64,000 nucleotides of DNA from Myxococcota bacterium (GCA_965250285.1 OZ252299.1:1792001-1856000); one strand, 5' to 3'. Counted from the first letter of the stretch, positions 46,465 through 55,602 are shown. Made by a program: numbers and translations. The notes: generated from the letters alone by a model not told the origin.

Positions 46465-47399
46465 GCGGGCGAAGCGGTCCAGCGCGCTTCGGCGAGCGCG
46501 CGTCGGTGACCGCGAACGCCGCCCATTTCGAGGCGCAGCGCCTGGAGCCGCATCGACCACACGTGCAGGTCGTGCTCGCGGGTGAAGCCGATCGCGCCCG
46601 AGAGTTGATGCGTCTCGCCGAAGACACGCTCGGCGGCGGCGATGGCGAAACTCGCCGCGGCGGCGACCCCCTCGCTCGGTGCACCGCGGTGGGCCGCTTC
46701 GCGAGCCAGCCAGCGGGCCCCTTCGATGTGGATGGCGCACTCGGCGAGCCGATGCTGCACGGCCTGGAACGATCCGATGGTGCGGCCGAACTGACGGCGC
46801 TGCTTCAGGTAGTCGACCGTCTCGTTGAGAGACGCCTCCATCGTGCCCACCGCTTCGACCGCGAGTGAGAGCCGCCAGAGGTCGGCCACGCGCTCGGCCG
46901 AGGCACCCGGCAAGGTTTCACCGGCCGGCGGGGCACCGGTGAGGCGCCCCATCGGATAGCCGAAGTTCGAGGGCACGGGCTCGACCGCGCCCGGCTCGAT
47001 CTCGATGGCCCGCACCGAGTCGGGCGCGACGACGAGCAGGGTGCGCGCGACCCCGAGAAACCGGATCGGCACCGTGAGCGAGCCGACTTCGGTGATCGCG
47101 AGCGCGCCCTCGGTCGAGAGGTCGGTCGTCGGCGCCGCGACCAGCGCGCAGGCCCCGGCCGACACGACGGCCCCGGCCCGCGCGGCCGCTTCGGTCACGA
47201 GCGCCGCTTCGAGCAGGCCCATGCCGCCACCGGCGGCGACGTCGAGAAAGCCCGCATCGGCGAGCGCGGCGTGCAGCTGGTTGTCGTACTCGCCCGCTCC
47301 ACCGAGCGCGATCGCACGGGCGGCGCCAGCCTGCTCAACGAGCAGGCGCTCGACGGCCTCCATCACGGCCGCCTGATCCGAGTCGAGCTCGAAATCCAC
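46461..47399 (-). CDS. Acyl-CoA dehydrogenase (short, probable non-catalytic subunit)
   Basis: RRQFGRTIGSFQAVQH, HQLSGAIGFTRE. Confidence 0.87.
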   Translation of the reverse strand: MDFELDSDQAAVMEAVERLLVEQAGAARAIALGGAGEYDNQLHAALADAGFLDVAAGGGMGLLEAALVTEAAARAGAVVSAGACALVAAPTTDLSTEGALAITEVGSLTVPIRFLGVARTLLVVAPDSVRAIEIEPGAVEPVPSNFGYPMGRLTGAPPAGETLPGASAERVADLWRLSLAVEAVGTMEASLNETVDYLKQRRQFGRTIGSFQAVQHRLAECAIHIEGARWLAREAAHRGAPSEGVAAAASFAIAAAERVFGETHQLSGAIGFTREHDLHVWSMRLQALRLEMGGVRGHRRALAEARWTASPA

Positions 47400-47425
47400 G
47401 CCCTACGCCTCTGCGTCCACGGTGA

Positions 47426-48571
47426 TCACTCCTTCGGCAGTCCGAGAAAGCGCGCGGCGATGAGATTGAGCTGCACCTCGGTGGCCCCGACGGCGACGCC
47501 CGCCGTCATCGCGAGCCGAAAGTTTGCATCGGCGAACGAGCCGTACTCCATCGCGTCGAGGCCGAGGATGTCGAGCGCCAGAGCGCCGACCGCCGTGTCG
47601 GCGGTGGTGCCGAGCACCCGCGCGAGCTGGGTGTCTGCGGTCGGCGGCCGATCCTTCGCGCGAATGTCGATCACCTTGTACGTCAGCACGCGGGCGGCTT
47701 CGCAAAGCGCCCGGGCTTCGGCCAGCTGGTCGACCACCATCGGGTCGGAGAGCAGCCCGCGCTCGCGGGCCATGTCGGCGAGGCGATCGAGGGTGACAGC
47801 CGCCCGCGCATAGCGCGCGGCCCCGACGCGCTCGTACTGCAGGGCGTAGTTGACGACGTCCCAGCCGTCGTGCTCGGGCCCCAGCAGCGTCGACGCCGGC
47901 ACCTCGACGTCGGTGAAGAACACCTCGTGGAAGTAGCGCTTGCCCACGACCGACGGGATCTCGCGCACCTCGATGCCCGGTGTATCCATCGGAACCAGCA
48001 GGACCGAGATGCCGCGATGCCGCGCGCTGTTCGGGTCGGTGCGCACGAGCAAGAAACAGAAGTCGGCGTGATTGCAGTACGACGTCCAGATCTTGCTGCC
48101 ATGGATGACGTAATGATCCCCGACCTTCAGCGCCTGAGTGCGCAGCGCCGCGAGGTCGCTGCCCGCCTCGGGTTCGCTGAAGCCCTGACACCAGAGCACC
48201 TGCCCCGACGAGATCTTCGGCAGGTGAAAGGCCTGCTGCTCGGCGGTGCCGAACTTCATGATCGCCGGGCCGATCCAGTTCACGTTCATGTACTGAGCGC
48301 CGCGGGGCTCGCCGATCGCCCAGCACTCTTCGCCGATGATCGAGTGACGCCATGGTGCGGCGTCTTTGCCGCCGAAAGCGCTCGGCCAGTGCTGGGTCAG
48401 CCAGCCTCGCTCGGCGAGCTGGCCGCAGAAGATGCGCGAGAAGTCGGATTGCAGGTCGCTGCCCGGGCCGTCCTTCGAGAGCTCCTCCCAATCTTCGGGG
48501 AGCGTCTCGTCGAGGAACGCGCGCACCTCGGCTCGGTGCTGCTCGTCTTCGGGGGACCAGTCGAAATCCAC
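47426..48571 (-). CDS. Acyl-CoA dehydrogenase (probable catalytic subunit)
   Basis: WCQGFSEPEAGSDLA, GSKIWTS, FHEVFF, LQYER. Start reset to GTG 48571. Confidence 0.9.
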   Translation of the reverse strand: MDFDWSPEDEQHRAEVRAFLDETLPEDWEELSKDGPGSDLQSDFSRIFCGQLAERGWLTQHWPSAFGGKDAAPWRHSIIGEECWAIGEPRGAQYMNVNWIGPAIMKFGTAEQQAFHLPKISSGQVLWCQGFSEPEAGSDLAALRTQALKVGDHYVIHGSKIWTSYCNHADFCFLLVRTDPNSARHRGISVLLVPMDTPGIEVREIPSVVGKRYFHEVFFTDVEVPASTLLGPEHDGWDVVNYALQYERVGAARYARAAVTLDRLADMARERGLLSDPMVVDQLAEARALCEAARVLTYKVIDIRAKDRPPTADTQLARVLGTTADTAVGALALDILGLDAMEYGSFADANFRLAMTAGVAVGATEVQLNLIAARFLGLPKE

Positions 48572-48637
48572 AGGGGCTGCCCTCGCCGTGGCGGCGCGAT
48601 CCAACAGCGGAGGCGCGCCCGGCACGGGTAGCGAACG

Positions 48638-48656
48638 ATCTGACGGTGCGTCAAAT
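48638..48656. promoter_or_regulatory. Putative operator, copy 3 (ATCTGACG-GTG-CGTCAAAT)
   Basis: 7/8 palindrome about 67 bp upstream of the four-ACAD operon. Confidence 0.7.
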
Positions 48657-48685
48657 CCAGCTTCGACGAGGGTCTCTGGGCCAAT

Positions 48686-49339
48686 TCAAGGCTGTGGGTT
48701 CGCCACTCGCCGGAACCGGGCGCAGGCCGTCACACCGACGGCGAAGGCCGCCGCGATCAATCCCACCGGTGCGAGCAACGGCACCTCGGTGCCGCCCACA
48801 ACCTCGACCGAGGTCGAGCCGAGCGTGGTCACCTGATCGGTGACGTCCGTCCCCGGGTCGAGTAGGAAGATCCCGTCCCCCGAATCGAGCGAGAGGCCGA
48901 ATTCGCCCGGGCCGGGCGTCGAGAGCGCGCGAAAGGTCACCGTCGCGAGCCAGAGGTGCTCGGCCGATGCGCCCGGGTGCAGACTCAGATCGTTGCCGAT
49001 GAAGGCCACGTTGACTTGATTGAACGGGGGGACCGGCCAGAGGATCGGTGGATCTGCATTCGGCACGAGATACCAATACCTGGGCGTATACAACACGTAG
49101 CTCGGCATGGTCGAGAGGGTCGGCTCGTAGGCGAACCGGGTCGGATCGAAGATCACTCCGACGCTGAACATCCAGAGTGGCTGCTCGCCCTGGGTGTCCA
49201 GGTACACCTCGAACTCGACGAGATCGCCGGCCTCGACCGATGCGGGCGCGCGGCTGACGAGCTCGAACTCGATCGCAGCCGCAGGAGAAGCGAGTGCAAG
49301 ACCGACCGAGACGAGGACGATCGCGTTCGACCATCTCAT
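48686..49339 (-). CDS. Secreted cohesin-like protein with IPTL/PEP-CTERM-like C-terminal sorting signal
   Basis: Signal peptide ending AAA; VEAGDLVEFEVYL...VGVIFDP...LATVTFRA beta-sandwich pattern; tail EVPLLAPVGLIAAAFAVGVTACARFRR. Start ATG 49339. Confidence 0.65.
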   Translation of the reverse strand: MRWSNAIVLVSVGLALASPAAAIEFELVSRAPASVEAGDLVEFEVYLDTQGEQPLWMFSVGVIFDPTRFAYEPTLSTMPSYVLYTPRYWYLVPNADPPILWPVPPFNQVNVAFIGNDLSLHPGASAEHLWLATVTFRALSTPGPGEFGLSLDSGDGIFLLDPGTDVTDQVTTLGSTSVEVVGGTEVPLLAPVGLIAAAFAVGVTACARFRRVANPQP

Positions 49340-49391
49340 TCTTCCCGGCCTCCACTCTCGATCAAGGTCTCGGTGCCCGCGCGCTCGGGGG

Positions 49392-49808
49392 TCATGAGCC
49401 AGCGGGAGGGCACGTGCCCTTCTCGTTCGCGGCCGCGCAAGCGAGCCCTGAGGGCCCGGGGAGCGTGTACTGCCCGTTGAAGACGATCGAGATGTCGGCG
49501 AGATCGACGAATCCATCTCCGTCGACGTCGTACTCCGTGTTCGTTCCGTTGATCTCGGTGTAGATCACGTACACATCCTGCAGCGCCGAGACTCCGTCGT
49601 TGTTGAAGTCGCGATCACACAAGGTGCCGTAGCCATCCTCGTCTTCATCGCGTTGGTCGCGGTTCGGGACCAGGGTGCAGTTGTCGAGCGCGTCGGGGAC
49701 GCCGTCCGCGTCTGAATCCGTCGCTCCCTGGGTGCGGGCAGATAGTGGGAAGACGCAGATCACGCCCAGCAGACCGGTCATGGCCAGGCAGCGGACCGTG
49801 CGGTTCAT
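49392..49808 (-). CDS. Secreted Ca-binding protein with thrombospondin type-3 repeats and dockerin-like module
   Basis: Signal peptide; DSDADGVPDALDNC...NRDQRDEDEDGYGTLCD (TSP3); paired loops DFNNDGVSALQD and DVDGDGFVDLAD. GAGGTG SD before ATG 49808. Confidence 0.72.
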   Translation of the reverse strand: MNRTVRCLAMTGLLGVICVFPLSARTQGATDSDADGVPDALDNCTLVPNRDQRDEDEDGYGTLCDRDFNNDGVSALQDVYVIYTEINGTNTEYDVDGDGFVDLADISIVFNGQYTLPGPSGLACAAANEKGTCPPAGS

Positions 49809-49864
49809 GGGGCACCTCCGTATCCAGCGTGAGATCGAAAGCATGAAACACCGCGTGGAAGGAT

Positions 49865-49892
49865 GTCAACGCGTCGCAGAAGACGCGTTGAC
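49865..49892. promoter_or_regulatory. Perfect 11-bp inverted repeat GTCAACGCGTC-N6-GACGCGTTGAC
   Basis: Lies in the divergent intergenic region between the dockerin-like gene and the acyl-CoA synthetase. Confidence 0.45.
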
Positions 49893-49979
49893 GCGTCGCT
49901 CGATCTCGCATGAAATAGGTCAGCCGCACTCTATTCGCCCCGGGGCGCCCCACCGCCCCTCGCCCGACCGGAGCTCCGT

Positions 49980-51602
49980 GTGCCCTTCCCCACCGAAACG
50001 CCCACGATCCCCATCTTCCTGCGCCGCATCGCCGCCGAGCGCGGCGGCACCGACATGATCGTGCTCGACGAGCGGAGGCTGTCCTACACCCAGGTCGAGC
50101 GTCAGTCGGCGCGGCTCGCCCGGGCGCTGCTCGCGCGCGGCGTCGGCAAGGGCACCCGCGTGGCCGTGCTCATGCCGAACGGGCCCGACTGGCTCGTCGC
50201 GTTCCTTGCGACGACGCGGATCGGCGCGCTGCTCGTGCCGCTCAATACCTTCTTTCAGACGCGCGAGCTGCACTGGATCCTGCGGCACGCCGACGTCGAC
50301 ACGCTGCTCACGGTCGACCGGTTTCTGAGTCATGACTACCTCGAGCGGCTCGAGGCGGCCGCGCCGTCACTGGCTGAGGCCAGCGGCGCACCGTTGCGCT
50401 TGCCCGAGCTGCCCTTCCTGCGCCGCGTGATCGTGTGGGGTGAAGGCGAACGCACGTGGACCGAGCCGGGGCCGCCGCTCACGGCCGCCGAACCGCCCGA
50501 CGTCGACGAGGCCTTTCTCGAGGCTGTCGAAGCCCAGGTCACGCCGGCTGACCCGTTGGCCCTCTTCTACAGCTCCGGCAGCACCGCCGATCCGAAGGGC
50601 GCGATCCATACCCATGGCACGGTGCTTCGTCATTCGTTCAATCTCGCCGCCGGTCGCGACGTCGTCGCCTCGGATCGTGTGTGGTCGCCCATGCCCTTCT
50701 TTTGGGTGGGCGGCTTCGTCTTCGCGTTGGTCGGCAACCTGCAGGCGGGCGCCACGACCCTCTGCGAGGAGGTGTTCGACCCCGAGCAGACCCTGCGCTT
50801 TCTCGAGCGCGAGCGCGTGACGGTCGCCATCGGCTGGCCGCACTTCGGCAAGGCGCTCGCCGAACACCCGACCCGGGCCGACCGCGATCTGTCGTCGCTC
50901 CGGGCCGGCAACGTGCCCGACATCCTGCCCGAAGAGATCTGCTCGACCGACCCCGAGCTGCGATCGAATGCCCTCGGCATGACCGAGACCTGCGGACCCC
51001 ACACGTGGAGTCCGACCGTCGGTCGCCTCTCCGAAGATGAGCGCGGCACGTTCGGGATCCCCGTCGAAGGCGTCACGCATCGCGTCATCGACCCCGAGAC
51101 CGGCGAAGACCTGCCGTCTGGCGAGGTCGGCGAGCTGAGTGTCCGGGGCTACAGCCTGATGCAGGGGCTCTACAAGCTCGAGCGTGAAGACGTCTTCGAG
51201 CCCGACGGCTTCTACCGCACCGGCGACGCAGGCTACTTCGACGCCCACGGGCAGCTCGTCTTCAAGGGTCGGCTCGGTGACATGATCAAGACCGGCGGCG
51301 CGAACGTGACCCCGAGCGAGATCGAACAGGTGCTCGTCAGCTACGACGAGGTGAAGGAGGCCTACGTCGTCGGCGTCGACCACCCCGACAAGGGGCAGAC
51401 GGTCGAGGCGGCGGTGACACTCGAGATCGGCCAGACGATCGAAGGCGACGCTCTGCGGTCACGGCTCAAGCAGGATCTCTCGGCCTACAAGGTGCCGCAG
51501 CACGTGTTCGTTTACGCGAGCGGGACGCTGCCCTTCACGACGACGGGCAAGATCGACAAACGCGGGCTCACGGCCGAGTTGAAGGATCGACTCGGCCGCT
51601 AG
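49980..51602 (+). CDS. Acyl-CoA synthetase (class I adenylate-forming enzyme)
   Basis: YSSGSTADPKG, GMTET, YRTGD, IKTGGANVTPSEIE, TTTGKIDK; shares motifs with 38163-39878. Confidence 0.9.
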   Translation: MPFPTETPTIPIFLRRIAAERGGTDMIVLDERRLSYTQVERQSARLARALLARGVGKGTRVAVLMPNGPDWLVAFLATTRIGALLVPLNTFFQTRELHWILRHADVDTLLTVDRFLSHDYLERLEAAAPSLAEASGAPLRLPELPFLRRVIVWGEGERTWTEPGPPLTAAEPPDVDEAFLEAVEAQVTPADPLALFYSSGSTADPKGAIHTHGTVLRHSFNLAAGRDVVASDRVWSPMPFFWVGGFVFALVGNLQAGATTLCEEVFDPEQTLRFLERERVTVAIGWPHFGKALAEHPTRADRDLSSLRAGNVPDILPEEICSTDPELRSNALGMTETCGPHTWSPTVGRLSEDERGTFGIPVEGVTHRVIDPETGEDLPSGEVGELSVRGYSLMQGLYKLEREDVFEPDGFYRTGDAGYFDAHGQLVFKGRLGDMIKTGGANVTPSEIEQVLVSYDEVKEAYVVGVDHPDKGQTVEAAVTLEIGQTIEGDALRSRLKQDLSAYKVPQHVFVYASGTLPFTTTGKIDKRGLTAELKDRLGR

Positions 51603-51653
51603 CCCGTTCGCTCGACAGTCAGCGGTTGCGGCGCCGCGGTCGCGGCGCTCACC

Positions 51654-52391
51654 TCACCCCTGCTGCTCGCGCAGCTGCTGGTCGATGATGCGCTTGAACT
51701 CGCTGAACGGCTTGGCGCCCGACGTGAACTTGCCATTGATGAAGAAGCCCGGCGTGCCGGTCACGCCCAGGCGATTCGCCTCGGCGACGTCGGAGTCGAC
51801 GCGCTTGCGGGTGTCGGCCGAGGCCATGTCGGCCTTGAACTGGTCGATGTCGAGATCGAGCTGACTCGCGTACTCGAGATACTTCGCGCCGCTCATCTCG
51901 CGCTGGTTCGAGAAGATCAGGTCGTGCATCTCCCAGAAGCGGCCCTGGTTCGCGGCCGCCTGGGCGGCGGCGTGGGCCTCGGGGGCCTTCGTGTGCATCG
52001 CGAGCGGCAGGTGCTTGAAGACGATCCGCACGTCGTCGCCGTATTCCTTCTCGATCTGCTTCATGGTGCCGACGACGCGGCCACAGAAGGGGCACTGGAA
52101 GTCGGAGAACTCGACGACGGTGATGGCGGCATCCTCGGGGCCGATCGAGGGCGAGCCCGCCGTATTCACGGCGTAGACGCGATCGGGGTCGGGGCCGCGC
52201 CGCGGACGACGAGTGGGCGCCTGGGCCGCCGCGCCGGCGCCGCCGGCCTTTGCGAGGGCCACGACCGCCTCACCGAGCTGGGCGATCTGCTGCGAATTCT
52301 GGCCGAGCGACTGGGTCATCATGTAGGCGCTGCCCAGAATGCTGAAGCCGATGATCGTGGCGGCGATGACGATGGAGCTGCCATTGTTCAC
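51654..52391 (-). CDS. Membrane-anchored DsbA/thioredoxin-fold protein
   Basis: EFSDFQCPFC, FKHLPL, GVTGTPGFFING; N-terminal TM. Start reset to GTG 52391, after GGAG. Confidence 0.9.
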   Translation of the reverse strand: MNNGSSIVIAATIIGFSILGSAYMMTQSLGQNSQQIAQLGEAVVALAKAGGAGAAAQAPTRRPRRGPDPDRVYAVNTAGSPSIGPEDAAITVVEFSDFQCPFCGRVVGTMKQIEKEYGDDVRIVFKHLPLAMHTKAPEAHAAAQAAANQGRFWEMHDLIFSNQREMSGAKYLEYASQLDLDIDQFKADMASADTRKRVDSDVAEANRLGVTGTPGFFINGKFTSGAKPFSEFKRIIDQQLREQQG

Positions 52392-52692
52392 GGTTCGAAT
52401 CTCCAATGATGCCTGAGAGTGAGTGCGATGATGTGACTGCGGCGGATCGAGGTCGCAGCGTGAGTCGAAATCGAGAGGGATACGGGGCTGGCCCGTGAGC
52501 GGCGCGAGGCGGCAGCATACCACGAGGGCAATCGGCCAGGATACGCAGCGCCGGACCGCTGCCCAGCCCTGAGGGCGCGGCTACGCGGCTCCGCACGGAT
52601 GCGCCCATCGGTTTCGACGCCGCCCGGCGAAGCCGGTTCCCGGCTACCGGTCCACTTCAGCCCTTCTGCCCGCATGGCAATGGCGCAGGGCG

Positions 52693-52935
52693 TCAGAGCT
52701 CCTCGTCTTCGTCGACGTCCTTGATGCAGACCGGATGCGGCGCGTGCTCGGGGCCGTCGTCCCAGCCCGGCAACGAGGCGGCCTGCGCCATCCACGAGTC
52801 GGCCAGCGATTCGTCGAGCACGACGTCGTTGTTGTCGAACCCCTCGATCAACGCATCCCAGAGATCCTGCCCCCCGCTTTCCCACCACTCGCGGCCGGGG
52901 TGCTCGAAGTCGATCGCGAGCCGCACCATCTTCAT
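52693..52935 (-). CDS. Small acidic hypothetical protein (80 aa)
   Basis: MKMVRLAIDFE...; protein-like Trp/Asp/Glu-rich composition; GAGGA SD. Confidence 0.65.
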   Translation of the reverse strand: MKMVRLAIDFEHPGREWWESGGQDLWDALIEGFDNNDVVLDESLADSWMAQAASLPGWDDGPEHAPHPVCIKDVDEDEEL

Positions 52936-53043
52936 CGTTCGAAATCCTCGTCTGCGGCGCCCGAGCGGGGCCAACCGCGCGGGAGCGTAGCGCGAGGGGA
53001 TCGCCGTGGCGGGGCGGAGCCTGCGGCCTCCGCCGGCCTCTTC

Positions 53044-53382
53044 TCAGCCGCGCGGGCGCCAGCGATGACGGCCCAGATCCACGCGACCTCGGGCGTCGAA
53101 GGCGACGCCCTCACGCTCGAGCATCTGTCGCTGGACGTGCTCGGCGCCGGGCTCAGACCGCGCGCTGCACTCGCCCCGGGCGTTGATCACACGCTGCCAC
53201 GGCACGCGCCGCTGCTCGTTTCGCAGGGCATGGAGTGCGTAGCCGACCTGACGCGCATGGCCCTTCAGGCCGGCGAGCTCGGCGACCTGTCCGTACGTGG
53301 CGACGCGACCTTTCGGGATGCGGCGCACGACGGCATAGATCCGGTCGTACGTGTTCGCCTGGGCGCCCGGCGACGCCGTCAC
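53044..53382 (-). CDS. Alkyltransferase-like (ATL/YbaZ, MGMT family) protein
   Basis: IPKGRVATYGQVA, ARQVG, VPWQRVIN (Trp replaces the catalytic Cys). GTG start overlaps the oligopeptidase stop. Confidence 0.85.
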   Translation of the reverse strand: MTASPGAQANTYDRIYAVVRRIPKGRVATYGQVAELAGLKGHARQVGYALHALRNEQRRVPWQRVINARGECSARSEPGAEHVQRQMLEREGVAFDARGRVDLGRHRWRPRG

Positions 53383-55490
53383 GCCGCCGACTTCGCCTCG
53401 AGCCCGGCGTGGCGCAGCAGCGCCTCGGCCGACGGCGCCCGACCGCGGAACGCCTCGAAGACCTCCGACGGCGAGACACTGCCGCCGAGCGCCAGCACGG
53501 TTTCTCGATAGCGTCGCCCGGTCGAGGTCAAGGCCTGCTCGTCTTCGAGGCCGGCCTCTTCGAAGGCCGCGAACGCATCGGCCGACAACACCTCGGCCCA
53601 TTTGTAGCTGTAGTAGCCCGCCGCATATCCACCGGCGAAGATGTGACCGAAGCTGCAGAGAAATCGATCCTCGGGCAGCGGCGCGAGCACAGTCGTGCGC
53701 TCCGCAATGCGGCGTTGAAGGTCGAAAGGCGACAGGTCGCCGCCGGGCACGTATTCGTCGTGCAGGGCCAGATCGGTCGACGCGAAGTAGAGCTGTCGCA
53801 GCATGTCGCTCCCAGCGCGATACGTGCGCGCGGCTTCGACCTTCTCGAAGAGCGCATCCGGCAGCGGTTCGCCCGTCTCGAAGTGCGCCGAGAGGCCGCG
53901 GATCGTCGCACGGTCGTAGCAGAAGTTCTCCATGAACTGGCTCGGCAGTTCGACGGCGTCCCACTCGACGTTGCGGATGCCCGAGGCGAGGCCCTCGTCG
54001 ACCCGCGTCAGCATGTGCTGCAGACCGTGACCGAATTCGTGGAAGAGCGTCGTGACCTCGTCGAAGCTCATGAGCGAAGGCCGATCGTCGACCGGCGGCG
54101 TCTGGTTGCAGACGAGGTAGGCCACCGGCAAGCGCACGGCCTGGCCCACCGGAGCCAGCGCGCGGCTGCGCCCGAGGCACTCGTCCATCCACGCGCCGCC
54201 CCGCTTCTCGGCCGGCCGCGAGTACGGGTCGAGATAGAAGGCCGCGATCGGCCCCCCCGCTTCGTCGGCGACGCGAAAGAACCGCACGTCGTCGTGCCAC
54301 GTCGGCGCCTCGCCATCGGCCGCCTCGATCCGCACGCCAAAGAGGCGCTCGGCGAGCCCGAACAGCCCCTCGAGCACCTGCGGCAGCGGAAAGTAGGGCC
54401 GAAGCTCTTCTTCGCTGTAGTCGAAGCGCTGCTCGCGAATGCGCTCGGCCCAGTACGCGACGTCCCACGGCCGGGGCTCGAAGTCGTCGCCCTCGCGCTC
54501 GCGCGCGAACGCGGTCAGCTCCTCCAGGTCACGCTCGGCCGCCGCGTACGACACCCGGCGCAGGTCTTCCAGCAGGTGCTTCACCGCATCCACATCGGGA
54601 GCCATCTTGCTGGCGAGGCTGACCTCGGCAAAGTTGCGATAGCCGAGGATCTTCGACTCTTCGAGCCGCAGCGCCAGGATCTCCTCGATGATCTGCGTGT
54701 TGTCGTGCTTCCCCTCGCTCGCTCGCGTTACGTAGGCGCGGTAGAGCTGCTCGCGCAGCGGACGGCTGCGCGCGTGCTCCATGAAGGGGCCGAAGCACGG
54801 AAAGTCGAGCGTCAGCCGCCACGGACCGGCGTCGGCCGTCGCCTCGGCCTCACCCGCTTCGCGTGCGTTCTGAGCGGCGAGCTCGCGTAGGCTTTCGGGG
54901 GTGCCTTCCATGTCGGCGGCATCGGTCAGCGTCAGCGAGAACGCGGCCGTCGCGTCGAGCACGTGGTTGCTGAAGTGCATCGCTCGCTGGGCCAGCTCGT
55001 TCTGAATCTCGTTGAAGCGCTCGCGCACCTCGCCATCGAGCCCGACGCCCGCGTGCTTCGCGTCTCGAATCAGACTCTCGACGATGCGCTTGCGGGCGGG
55101 CGCGAGCGCGTCCCAGTCGGCGCCTTCGCGGAGCGTCACCAATGCGTCGTAGATCGGTCGGCTCTGGGCCTGGCGTAGGCCGAAGCTCACGACCTGCGGC
55201 TGCACCGCTTCGTACACCTCGCGCAGCGCATCGCTGTTCTGCACGCCCATCAGGTGCCCGACGACCCCCCAGGCGAACCCCAATCGGTCTCCCATGCGCT
55301 CGAGGGGCTCGATCAACGCTTCCCAGGTCGGCGCCGCGTTCGCCTCGACGGCTTCGAGCTCGGCGGCGAGCTCGCCGAGCAGATGCTCGATGGCGGCGGG
55401 CACGGTCTCGGGATCGACGTCGCGAAAACGCGGCAGCTGGCCCGAGGCGAGCAGCGGGTGATCGTTGAGCAGGTTCGAATCGGCGGACAA
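53379..55490 (-). CDS. prlC: Oligopeptidase A (peptidase M3)
   Basis: KRGGAWM, FHEFGHGLQH, EWDAVELPSQFMEN, HIFAGGYAAGYYSYKWAE. TTG start after GGAGG. Confidence 0.93.
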   Translation of the reverse strand: MSADSNLLNDHPLLASGQLPRFRDVDPETVPAAIEHLLGELAAELEAVEANAAPTWEALIEPLERMGDRLGFAWGVVGHLMGVQNSDALREVYEAVQPQVVSFGLRQAQSRPIYDALVTLREGADWDALAPARKRIVESLIRDAKHAGVGLDGEVRERFNEIQNELAQRAMHFSNHVLDATAAFSLTLTDAADMEGTPESLRELAAQNAREAGEAEATADAGPWRLTLDFPCFGPFMEHARSRPLREQLYRAYVTRASEGKHDNTQIIEEILALRLEESKILGYRNFAEVSLASKMAPDVDAVKHLLEDLRRVSYAAAERDLEELTAFAREREGDDFEPRPWDVAYWAERIREQRFDYSEEELRPYFPLPQVLEGLFGLAERLFGVRIEAADGEAPTWHDDVRFFRVADEAGGPIAAFYLDPYSRPAEKRGGAWMDECLGRSRALAPVGQAVRLPVAYLVCNQTPPVDDRPSLMSFDEVTTLFHEFGHGLQHMLTRVDEGLASGIRNVEWDAVELPSQFMENFCYDRATIRGLSAHFETGEPLPDALFEKVEAARTYRAGSDMLRQLYFASTDLALHDEYVPGGDLSPFDLQRRIAERTTVLAPLPEDRFLCSFGHIFAGGYAAGYYSYKWAEVLSADAFAAFEEAGLEDEQALTSTGRRYRETVLALGGSVSPSEVFEAFRGRAPSAEALLRHAGLEAKSAA

Positions 55491-55602
55491 GGTCGCCTCC
55501 AGTGTTGCGGGGACGCGCAAAAGTAGCAGCTGGACGAAGGGGCTCCCGCCATTCGCTGACGTCGACGTGCTTCGCGGGCCGGGGCGGTACACTGCGCGCC
55601 GC

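Noticed and set aside
53044..53382. Active O6-methylguanine methyltransferase (ogt/ada)
   Set aside because: The catalytic Cys of PCHR is replaced by Trp.
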